Source of the DNA: Lingula anatina
Lineage: Eukaryota; Animalia; Brachiopoda
Assembly (NCBI GenBank): GCA_051362555.1
Contig: CM120644.1
Span: 10,810,567 to 10,874,566 of the forward strand
DNA: 64,000 nucleotides
Reading direction: 5' to 3'
Within the stretch, counting starts at the first letter, position 1, and each line of letters begins with the position of its first letter. The position numbers and the translations under genes were made by a program. The notes beneath the pieces were generated by a model. It saw only the letters and a list, made by a program, of their open reading frames with translations. It ran no database searches and had not been told where the DNA came from. Below are positions 52,601 through 64,000 of the stretch, one piece after another.

Positions 52601-54875
52601 TTTGTTGTTTCTTTATAGGTCTTGTGCTGAATTGGAGCACCTGAACTTGGGATCGTGTCAGATGATTAACAGTTTTGATGATGTGGCAACAGAACTTGGC
52701 AAAAACTGCAAGTAAGTTGTTATCTTTTTTTTCAGCTATGTAGTGGATTCATAAACAGGTATCAAACTAAAATACAGAAAAAACAGGGATTTTGTTTATT
52801 ACCTTACTTGTTTACTTTAATATTTTTATTATTATGTATTTTGTTATCAAGTTTTTATTCTTCTTAAGTGTAGTAGCATAGGACTCTGGGATTCTTGATA
52901 CAGTGCTTTAGAATTTATGAGAAGTTACGAAAATATCTAAGAATTTTAATGTACCATATTTTCATAAAAATGATGGATAACATACAAGAGATGCACATTT
53001 GTTGTTGCATAATTTATCAAAGCACCCACAATGTGTTATGAGTGAGCACACTTTTGATCTTCAGAAACCTAAAGTCTCTTGATTTCTGGCGAGCAAGAAC
53101 AATCTCTGACAGAGGTCTTGAGGCCCTGGGCAACAACTGCCCTCTGTTGGAGGAAATTGAACTTGGCTGGTGGTAAGTACAGGGTGATGGGTATTGTCAC
53201 GGGTTAAACATAAAGCAGGCTAATTCTTTGTCTGAGAATAAAACGAGATTTGCTGTTGACTGGGTTTGTATGACTAAATGTTTGCATTGAAATTTATAGC
53301 AATCCTCTGTGGAAGAATCGTGTAAGAATTATAATCATTTACAGCAGCTGATTTCCAAAAGAAAAAAAAAAAAAAGAAAAAATCCTATTTTAAGTAACAA
53401 AATTTTTATTCACGATCACATTAATTTTTATTTTATACTTGTATAATTATGAAAAAAGTTTGTTATCTTATCTTACCTATTTATTTTACAGCCCAGAGAT
53501 TCGTTCAGGTAACTCAGGGAATTGTATTGTTGAGCTCATTCAGAAGTGCAGATATCTCAAGAAACTGTTCCTATGTGCTAACAGGTACTTGATAGTGTGA
53601 TGTGGACGGAATAGCTGGGTTAAGACACACTATATGCTTAAAGGGATAATAACTCTTCGTTTCGGCCAAAAAGTGAATTTTCCTGGAGTAAACAACAATT
53701 TCCCCATACTTACCAATGGTTAATGAATCCATTTTTACATTCAAAGTTAGTCCCTGGTTTTTTTCTAAAAAGTTTGGTTTTTTGTTAAAATCTCTGAAGA
53801 GATTTTAACAGAGTATAGCTATCAATGGAGGTCACGTGGTCTAAAGACAAGCTCAGATATCAGAATAATAGCTATAACTGCCATTTTTTGTGGTAAAACA
53901 GAATATATTATATTTCTATGAGTTATTCACAATGTTATTATTGTGAAATATAGGTCTCATACGAAGAGTTATTATCCTTTTAATTTATAAGTATTCTAAT
54001 TGCTAATTAAAGAAGATGAGGTAAAATGTTCAACCATATTTGGCCAAATTCAGTCTGAAATGGTTCATCGTTTTGAAATTTAGTTTCCAAAAATTATCTT
54101 GTCAAGGCATCTGAGATATATATATATTAAGAACTTGTATATTATATATTATAATGGCTTTTAGTGTTTACTAGTAAGAAGTAAGACAGATAAAATTTAA
54201 ACTTTATTTTTCAGATCTGTATCTGATAAGGAGTTGAATGCACTGGCACAACACAGTAAATATTTGGAGCAGTTAGATATTCTCGGGACACGAGAAGTCA
54301 GTATAACTGGAGTCCGCAGGTATGTTTCTTTCACTGTTTTTCTTATCTGTCTGTCTGTCTTATTTGTCTGTCTGTCCATCTGTCCCTCTGACTAGAATAA
54401 AAAAAGGTAAAATTGTCAAAAAATTTGTTGGTGAAAACTTAAAGATGAAAACTCCCTACACCGCTTGTACACATTTTGTATATTTACATGAATTCTCTAT
54501 TTGGGTGTCACTACCAGTCTGTCAGTGATACAACTTTTCATTTGTGAAGGCACTTTGAATTCTTTCTTTTAAACAATGATGGGTAGAAGAGTTAGTTCAG
54601 ATTCTTGCACATTTTCTAGACTTATAGGAAATCATGCATTACAGGTTCAAACTATTTGTATTTTGAATTATTTGCAATATTGACTATTTGAAGAAATGAA
54701 TATTTTAATTTTCTAGTAATAATAAGGATTGACTTATTTCAGGGTGTTAGATAACTGTAAGAAGCTGACTTTTCTAGATGTTTCCTTCTGTGCAAATGTG
54801 GACTTTGCCTTTGTGGAAGTGTGTAAAACCGAGTACCCTCACGTGAACATCAAGAAAAGTTTCCAAGATTCTTGA
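47542..54875 (+). CDS. FBXL4: F-box/LRR-repeat protein 4, 15 exons, about 600 aa. Exons: 47542-47703, 48029-48119, 48488-48614, 49393-49485, 49834-50143, 50413-50483, 50745-50814, 51150-51259, 51616-51725, 52064-52190, 52619-52711, 53065-53172, 53492-53584, 54215-54319, 54743-54875
   Basis: FBXL4-specific N-terminal motifs DFSSQYGGENSISYT, RTYGPWW, FKRTPP, ETYNPGAVVRILAC and YYTELDAVKLHG. F-box FDSLPGEVIQLILSYLD. LRRs LQRLNLSWC, LKSLDFWRA and LEEIELGWC. C-terminus IKKSFQDS. All junctions are phase-consistent. Confidence 0.95.
48715..48927 (-). mobile_element. MITE family A copy in FBXL4 intron 3
   Basis: Reverse complement of 2911-3125. TAT/TAT duplication. Confidence 0.8.
49507..49663. repeat. 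Long interrupted (GT)n microsatellite in FBXL4 intron 4
   Basis: Direct reading. Confidence 0.95.
53642..53978 (+). mobile_element. Family B copy in FBXL4 intron 13, inverted relative to 46428
   Basis: Same TIRs and TTAA flanks. The internal sequence is the reverse complement of 46428-46764. Confidence 0.8.
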
Positions 54876-57800
54876 TCAGCATTAAAATATTATTTTTATT
54901 TATTTTTTTAGTAGTTTATTGTTTTATCTTTGATGGTCTGCTAGTCAAACTCAAAAAGGTTTTGATAAAATATTCAGGATAGTTCAGAACTTGGTAAACT
55001 AAGAATCGGTTATATTTTTGGTTGTTCTCCATTAATTAATTAATTAGTCAATTAACTAATAATAATAAGAATTGAGTAGTAACGCCAAAGTCTGTGCTCT
55101 TTGAGCGCTTTTCTAGTTATGATTACAATGCCTAACCCCTACACTCATTTCATGAGCATGATGACCAACTAATGTCATTGGTATATTTGGTTCATATTAG
55201 AGAATTTATTTATATATTCATGTGTAGTATCATTTAATTTTTTTCGTAAGTTCAGTTTCAGCTTAGTAACTGAATTCAGTTTTTTTGTGTATTATGTTGT
55301 TTTGTATTTTACAAAAATACTCAAATAGTCATAATATATTGAGACTATCGTAAATAATTAAGAATTTTTAATGATATTTACTCCTGATAAGCATTGTTGT
55401 ACAGAAGTATTGATAATACTAATTTCAAGTATATATACTTGCAATGGATACTATAATTCTATCATCTCTGCCAAGACCATTATGATAATATTTTCTTTTA
55501 CTGGATTACCCAATGCCAATTCTTTTATGATATTGAGATATTAAACAAAAATATTGTGATACACTATTAAAACCATTGCTATTTCAAATGCTGTGATAAT
55601 TATAAATGTTTGTATTTTATCTGTATTTTTTAGTCAGATGTAATTTATGTGTCACTGAGGGTGAGTCCTGCACAAGTTCAGTCACGTTTGAGAAGTATTT
55701 GCCCTTCACCTTGAAAAGTGAAAGTGAAAGTGTCAGTTCCTGATTGTAACCTTGGGTAATCTACGTTTTGATACATTGTGAAGCTTCACAATACTGGCAC
55801 ATGGTTTTATCAGCTGTTATGGGCACAGTGACAACAATAGTTTCTTCAAATAATTACCAAATATTGTTACCACTTTTGACCAAGACACCTTTAATCAGGG
55901 GAGGAAGCTTTGGTAGACCCAAAATATTGCAGTGGTTGGAAATCTTATTTTTTTGTTTTTTTAGAGACAATAGCTGTAACTACAAAATACTATTTTATAC
56001 TTAAATATATCTAATAATATATTATGAAACCTTAAGTACAAAAAGACACTAGTATCTCAGGAATGGATCTTCTGGTTCCTTGCCTAAAAAATAAAAAACT
56101 ACCTTGCATAAGTAGCTGCACCCAAATGACTTTGTATGGTATTTTATAAGTTTGAACTAGAAGTGTTAAATTATATGATGAGTGCAGCAGTGATGATTTT
56201 TCAAAATAAAAATCGTACAATTGTGTATAATTGAGTATTATTCCACTGATTGAATTTTATTGCACAGGCTGGCCTAAGGTTTAGATATGCAGCTCTTGAA
56301 ATTATAAACAAGATCTTTGATACCACATTAGATAAATAAACATGAAAAGATATAATAAACTCAAAGCAGTTCTTTCAGTGTTATGACTTGTTTTATTCAG
56401 TATATTTTGGCACATATGGTAACAGCAGTTTACACTCTTAATTAAAAAACAGGCCCTCAAATGACTTCTATGTACAATGAGGGGCACAAGCTCAGTACCT
56501 TGCATTGAGCTCAGCTAAAACCAATAACGTATGAGGAAGATGATTTGATTGCTTTTGGTGCAACACAATTATGACTAAATTTGCTAAGTTTACTGTCATT
56601 AAAAGTGTCAAATCATACTTATTTTTTTCTTTATGGTGCACAATGAATTCATTGTCTGAAGTGGACATATGTTAAAAATTACATCTTTTCTTTAAATAGC
56701 ATTCTCTTATTTTCCTCTGAAACAAACAAGTTTAAGTATAATTGTTAAAACCAGCAGTTTTCTTCATCACAATTCTCAATATTCGATGACAATTATTTTC
56801 GATGATTTCAGACTAAAATATTTACCTGCATTCGTTTTATATCATGTTAACAAGCACACTTGACAAACACACAACTTGTTTATAATTAATTCAAACTAGC
56901 TTTCATGAGACAATCTTAAGTTTTCCTGGAAGATTCCTTGAGTGCATACAAAGTTATCTCATGGACTGAATTTAAAAATGTTTACATCTCCCAAGTAAGA
57001 TGATAAACTACTACACATACCAAGCCAACATGCAACACGGAAGCAACCTGAGATTTGGAATGGCAGTAGATTTCTTCCATGACACAATGCTATTATATAT
57101 AAAGCAACACGACTACAAATACTCATATATCAAGCAACATAATTACCATAAGCCAACTCAATGCAGTGATATCTACATATTAAACAAAAGAATGCCACAA
57201 TTACTACAGAAAACATTTTACAGATAGTATAATATTTACAATTTAAACATTAACGTGAATACACTGTCCTATAATAAAGACGAAGGTGCTTTCATTCATC
57301 TGGACAGATTAAATTGAAAAATAAAATAATGTCACTATGTTATTCTACATTTTGCTGAACTCCTATAACCAAGAAAGAATCTCTTGGTGGACTCTTAATA
57401 GTCCAAATGTTCATTTGTCCAAAAGTGTCCTTGTATACAAAGTTGCAAGCTTATTATATTAGTCATATGGTTCATAGGTCTGAAAATGTACGTTTTACAG
57501 AAAATCTATTTTTCCACTAGTAAATTTTAATGTAAAAAAACTTTCATAAGAACAGCAGTGGTTTCTGTCAGTGATGATATTAGACATCTTTCACAATAAT
57601 TTAAGGAAAAATAATCTGAAACCCTTGAAACTATTGAAACATCTAAACTAGACAAAGATTGATTTATGAGCAAGTAATTTATAGCAGCCCAGTTATACTT
57701 TGGGACAAGTGGGAACACAGGCTCCATCTATGGCAATGCATACATATTATGGCACTCAAAAACAATGTAATGAAATATTTCAACAAATGATGGGATATTG

Positions 57801-58924
57801 AATCATAGTTACATGTACCCACAGCATCGAACATTCGCTGACATAAAACATTCTACCTCATGCATTACATTTTACTACACAATTCAGAATGCACAACAAA
57901 AACAATCAATTTAGAATGCTGTGAAAATTGGTCTAAATCTTTTTCAATGCTTCATCCTGAGAAAATATACCCATCAATCTGTTTTTTTTTTCAGCAACAA
58001 TTTGATGCACAGTTACAGTATATTCTATACCTACATCTTAATAAATTGTTAATTATATTATTCTACATAATTATGCACTATCAGTAAGAAACACTAAAGC
58101 AAGATAATATGGTTTACTTGCAGAAATTTCAAATGGAAACAAAATGACATCTAATGAAGCAAAGTATATAACATGCAAGAGATAAAAAATACCATATGGA
58201 ATAATATCTAAAATGAAATTAATTAACAGAATAGTATATGAAATTCTTCTATAGACTATACTGTGTCTAAATATTTGAGATCACATAAAAATGCTTTAAA
58301 TACCGTTTCTGAGCTTTCCAGCTCTATATCATCTATCTTTAGACAGTTTAGAGACAACTGTCCTAGCTATACTGAGATTTAAAAAAATCACTCTGGGTTA
58401 CAGCAGTGTCTTTTAGAATTCTTTAGAACTTCAAGTAAAGATGAAGGGTTGTATCCTTGTATTGTTTGTTGTTTGACAGTGAGGTGTTATGTATAGTTCC
58501 ATCTTAAAAAAAGATGCCTGAAGTTTTAATTATGTGGTAAAGAATCTTCATCACCTTATAACATTATCACCAGGAGCTTTAAATTCAAAGCATAATCAAG
58601 ACACTTACTTTAATCTTGAAACATCATATTGCACCTGTAAACTCTTTTCTTAGGCTATGGTTATCTCCATTCTATAGCAACTACCCAGGAAATTCTCATG
58701 CCTTTCCTTTCTTCCAATATTCCATTTATTTTCTAACCCAACTCACTTTTCAGAGACAGTGAATCTTTTTAATATTTTACAAGAAAACATTACTTTGGAA
58801 TATACTTTAAATAAATTTTTCTAGAATTTAGTGAGGGATCACCACAATATAAGTATGTCACCTTTTAGCTATTTTCTCTCTCTCTATTATGTCTACTGTA
58901 AGTATCACAGTTCCCATTGGTCCA

Positions 58925-59121
58925 CTATTCCACTGCGGCTCCATTTTTAGTTGCGTTAAGTGGCTTCCTTGTCTCCTCGTACTCCTCATCCATCTCTTGG
59001 TATCTCTTCCTCTTGAAGAACCCACACTGGAAGATTAAAGGTAAATAGTTTGGTAATTGCAAAAAAACCTCTGTTAATTGAGATTAATAATACGGTTGAC
59101 CATTGTGTCAGGGTTTGTTAC

Positions 59122-59154
<33 letters not shown>

Positions 59155-61579
59155 CAATTAATAAATGATAACAGAATTACCATCTGATAAATTATAAGTA
59201 AAAATCAATAATGTAATAGCATATATAATTCTATACCCATACAGAGAAACAACAAACATCACAACAACCTCAATAAAATAGTGACCTTGAGTTACTATTT
59301 GCTCTGACCTGACTTTTAACCAATGACCTTCACCCTTGACCTTTGACCTACCTTCCACAGTATGAGGATCAGCAGTATAAGCAGCAGCAAGCCTCCAATG
59401 GCTGCCACTATGTAGATCCAGATGGGGATTGGCCTCAAACCTACATCTGGTGTTTCTGGGTTTATATTAGTGTGGACCTGAAATAAAAATGCCCATTTGA
59501 AATTAAAATAAATTATAAACTTTTTAATAATTTAAATTTGCAGTAAAAAACATTGCTCATTGGTAAATGAGATATTTAATTTTTTTTCTTATACATAGCT
59601 GGACATTTTTGTGAAAATTGGCTGACGAGTCTTATTGACAGAATTAAATTAAATGGATCAATGAAATTATTATTATTATTTATTATTTATTTATTTTTTT
59701 ACTAAATAAAAATATGCAAAATTGACAATATCCTCTCTTATGGAGGCAGTTGTCAAATGAAAATTCAGTGAAGTGAATGTGAGCTGTTGAACTTTCTTAA
59801 ACTAGTTGTTAAATACGTAATTCTAAATTAGGCAGTGACTTACAGTAAACTCTGCGGTAGAGTAAGTATCAGGCTTGGCACCGTAAGGTACATCCTTCAC
59901 GGTTGCCTTGACAACTGATGGTATGAGAGCAGTATTGACACTGCCCTGAAACAAGCAAGAACAATAACTGTAATTAGTATTACCCACAAATGTCTATAAC
60001 ACATCACTTATTATTTTTATAATATCAATTGTTTCTTTAATCTCAACACAATGCACTTTCTGACACTAAACCCAACTCTTCTTCTTCTAAGACTTTCAAA
60101 TCATCTGTATCAGATAAAACAAACATCTCAACTTGCTAGTTACTTTTTCTCAGTTTTGCTTGGATTATCGTTAGACAGTATCCTTAAGCAATGTAATTAA
60201 TACATGTAATAACAGTGTTAATTAATTGATAATAAGCTTTTTATTTTAATTTTTCATTGAGATTCACAGGACATTGCATAAAATACACAAGAGTACATAT
60301 CAAGTCAATATGGTAATATTAAAAGTAATATTTATTATTATTATTATTGCATATAGTTACCTTGACAATGCTCTCTACCCAGAGTCTTGCCCTGATCTGG
60401 ATGAGAGCCACATGGCCAGAGTTCAGCAGACCCAGTGTACACACCAGTTTACTACAGTGACCAGTGGGACAGTTCTGGATAATAGAGGTCATAATAGAAT
60501 ATCTGATAATAGAAAGGTCTCACCCTATGTGAATTAAATATAACAAAGAGTTATCAAAGTGCTATATGTATAGTCAACAACCGTTTATACTAACTACTGG
60601 TATCTTGTAGTGCAAAGGACCTTTGATACTTTGACCTTAATCACTATGAGAAAGAAAACATCTCTGAAATATAAATCTATTTTAGTTACCATTTTGGTGA
60701 GCTATTTTACAAAACTTAACAAAAGATCTTAATTGTTTCTAATTAATCATCCACATGTTGGAATGCTTTTTTTTCCTCTCACCTGTTGCATCAGTGTATT
60801 AGTAGTGGGTTGTGGAGACTGTACATCATCTTCTCTCTTCCTCCTTATCTTCAGTGTCTGATCTTCTGTTATCACTGCCTCCACCACCACATCTTCTGGC
60901 TCAAGCTACAGAATAAAATATCAACTTTTTTTTACACTAATAATAATAATAATAATTTTGTTTAGAATTTAATGTTACATGTCAGCATTGCTAGTTGTCC
61001 GTATTATTTCTATTCAGTATAAATACATGATGTGTAATCTAAGGGGATACATGTACCAAACCATTTTTCTATATGTATTGAAATGTTTAACATTGTTTTA
61101 AAACAACATTTGATTAAGTCTTTGATCAAATAAAGACCATCTATAATTAAGTTAAAATTTATAATCAGATGGCACCAGAATTGCAATTAACTATTCTCTT
61201 AATCATCTGATAAAAAAGAATATATTTAAAGTTCACAATTAAAAGTACTAAGCTATAATACCTGTATCTGCCTGACATTGACATCCTCTGCAGTACAAAA
61301 CCCCGTACCAGACAGCAGCTTGGGGGTCTCCATCAGATACAGCAGGGGGGACCCATCCATGTTGTAACTAGGCCATGTGATCTCTACCACAGTTTTGTTT
61401 ACTGAACTGGGTCCATTGTTGTATACCTATCACGATATTAATAAATAATATTTCAAACAATTACAGATTAATATATAGTATCAGTACATTAAGAAGTATA
61501 TCAATACTTTGTTCAATTATTTTCTTGGAAGTTAGCCAGGGGATGGAGGAAGAAAGGGGTTCTGGACCCCCCCCCCCCC

Positions 61580-61677
<98 letters not shown>

Positions 61678-63093
61678 AGTGAAAATTAATGTTTTGGTGA
61701 AAATTGTGACTGGAGTTTCTTAGAGTATAAATATAGCAAAGTCAAGATACATGTTTTTTCACATTAAGAAAGATTTGCCTCTGGTTTCAGTTAATCCTGT
61801 TAAGTTCCTGAGTGAAAACTAACCTGATATTTGTGTATAACCTGTGGTCCTATCTCTGACTCTGTAACTATCTCCTCACTGTATGTGCTGTTGTACACCA
61901 GTTGCTCCGGAACTGACACCCTGAAATTATTGAATATTAATTCCCTCTAAGATTTCATCATTTTTTTATATTATTATACAGGTATTGAAGATTCCCCCAA
62001 TTTCCATTTTCAAATTCCCACTTTTCAGAATAAAAAGGTTATATTTTTAGAGATCACAAGTTACAGGCAAAAATTGATACATTAATTATTCCTATTGATT
62101 TCATCAGCTGTCTGCTTCAGTAACTCAACCTGTTTACAGCCATTTGCGTACTGTATTTGCACCTACTCAAGCAGGGTTGCAGATCCCACAGACCTCTGTT
62201 TCAGGCTACTGATGAATAAAATTAAAACCACCCAGATGTTTTACGCCATTCATTATAATACGTTGTACTTACCCAGTTACCCCAATGTTAGCAACAACCA
62301 GAACAGGCACATAGACATCTATCTGGTTGTCTGCAAGGTCTGTTCTGTTCTCTGGGTTAGTGCTGAAATGAAGGGGAAACTGTATTAAACTATTTTTATA
62401 AGCCGAATACAACTATCTCAGTCTCTCTCTCACATGCACGTTTTCTTCCAAGAAAGACTAAAATACTAATAAATTATTCAATTTAAAGAACATATCACTG
62501 CAGGGTTAGTGTACATAAATTCTTTCTGGGGCATCTTTTATTTAATTTACTGTCCCTGTAGGTAAGCTGTTTTGTGTGTCCCTATATTAATTGCTATGAA
62601 AATAAATTAAAAGGTCTTTGTCAAAAAAATTTTCGATCTTGCATTAGTCATACTGTACCTGTTCACTGTAAGCTGGAACTGAAGGAAACTGGAGACGTCT
62701 GTCACATCATCAGCAGACAGCCTCAGTTTGAAGTCAACCTGGGGAGAGTTAGAAAATAATGGTGTGGAAGTTGGTAAATAATAAATGATGAATAAGATTA
62801 CAGCATTTTGGTATGTTATTCGTTATTTTATCTACTGGTTTTAATCATTGATCATCATCACTTTTAATTTTTTCTTATTATTAAAATGTGACTTCATGTA
62901 TATATCCCTCACAAACATATATATGCTTGCATGGTGTACATTAATTACCAAACAAACACAAATTTTAGCATAAAAAATATAATTTTTTTCTTCCATCCAA
63001 CTTACATTCACACATGCACATTATGTGTTGATCATTCCCACCCACACACATGCACAACCGCATATATACATACATGCATGCACACACAGGCTT

Positions 63094-63134
<41 letters not shown>

Positions 63135-63802
63135 ATTACCTGTGTTTTCTGCTGCAGTGGGTTTCCCACATCACACACCACATACTCTCCTTCCTCCTCC
63201 ACAGCTCTCTGTTCACAGCTCACTGGGGATGCCTGCATGGAGAAGTTAGCATGGTACATTATAGATTACATATGCACAAATCAAAATTTTATATTATATT
63301 ATATAATATAATATAATATAATATAATATAATATTATATTATATTATATTATATTATATTATATTATATTATATTATATTATATTATATTATAATATAAT
63401 ATAATATAATATAATATAATATTATATTATATTACTTGCTCTAGAAGTAATTTGTAGTTGCTTTTGCTGTTTACTGCACTTTTTAAGACTGGCAATTTAC
63501 AAAATAATTGACATAATTTTAGTTTCTCATGACAAGATGTTATTTCTGACCCCAAACCAAACATTTTTTAAAATTCAAGTTACTGATGTGATTTACAATG
63601 GATAAATTAAGGTTCCTTCAAAAATAAATAAATAAATAGACACACAAACCAATAACCTACCCCAGTTATTCCCTGTGTATTGGTATAGCTGATGCCAAAG
63701 GGCAGTTTGACATACAGAGTTGACTCGTAGGCGTCTTCCCCACTGTTGACTACAGCGACATCTATCTCAATTTTTTTATTGCTGCCAATAGTGTGCGGGG
63801 CA
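58925..63802 (-). CDS. Integrin alpha subunit, 3' part (calf domains, TM, cytoplasmic tail); gene continues past the right edge. Exons: 63661-63802, 63140-63232, 62659-62738, 62273-62362, 61824-61920, 61262-61426, 60783-60905, 60361-60474, 59844-59945, 59352-59477, 58925-59026
   Basis: VVNSGEDAYESTL, VVCDVGNPL, IGPQVIHKYQVYNNGPS, furin site RRKR, TM IPIWIYIVAAIGGLLLLILLILILWK and cytoplasmic KCGFFKR. These motifs resemble the RGD-binding alphaV/alpha5/alpha8/PS2 clade (inference). Confidence 0.95.
63291..63434. repeat. Pure-AT pentamer array alternating (ATATA)n and (ATATT)n blocks
   Basis: Direct reading. Confidence 0.9.
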
Positions 63803-64000
63803 CTGTTAGAAAATATTGAATAAATAAAAACAAAATATTGAATAAACAAAAAGAAAATATTGAATATAAAATAACTGCTATATTAATTTAACATCTACCT
63901 TAATAAAAAAATCATTAATTTACATTATTTTTTTAATTTTACAGACTGCATGACCAGTCAAAGAGGACATCCCAGTCTACTGACATTTATTTTCAATAAT

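Noticed and set aside
59622-59650. Hammerhead-like CTGACGA-GTC-ttatt-GAC-AGAA
   Set aside because: The GAAA box is broken and stem I is unconvincing.

Overview
AT-rich, intron-rich eukaryotic genomic DNA from an invertebrate animal (plausibly a lophotrochozoan such as an annelid; this is inference from gene content, not proven). Six protein-coding genes were reconstructed by hand from GT-AG splice sites with consistent reading phase. (1) A 4-exon TMIE homolog (+, 16217-20238). (2) A single-coding-exon TRPV/TRPVL-like ankyrin channel (-, 22904-24829), tail-to-tail with TMIE. (3) An 18-exon peroxisomal bifunctional enzyme EHHADH ending in PTS1 -SRL (-, 31851-47222). (4) A RING/B-box/coiled-coil TRIM gene nested antisense in EHHADH intron 8 (+, 39251-40912). 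(5) A 15-exon FBXL4 (+, 47542-54875), head-to-head with EHHADH across 319 bp. (6) The 3' half of an integrin alpha (-, 58925 to beyond the right edge). The first 12 kb may hold alternative 5' exons of a minus-strand gene lying off the left edge (weak). Many non-autonomous DNA elements carry readable target-site duplications (3-bp PIF/Harbinger-like, TTAA Kolobok-like, 5-bp hAT-like, Helentron-like). The most notable oddities are a Penelope-type minimal hammerhead ribozyme in sense orientation in EHHADH intron 8, a 138-bp tandem array that multiplies the EHHADH exon 8 splice acceptor, and the adjacent TMIE/TRPV-like pair, whose channel has a charge-altered pore. All gene calls rest on motif recognition by eye; no database search was run.
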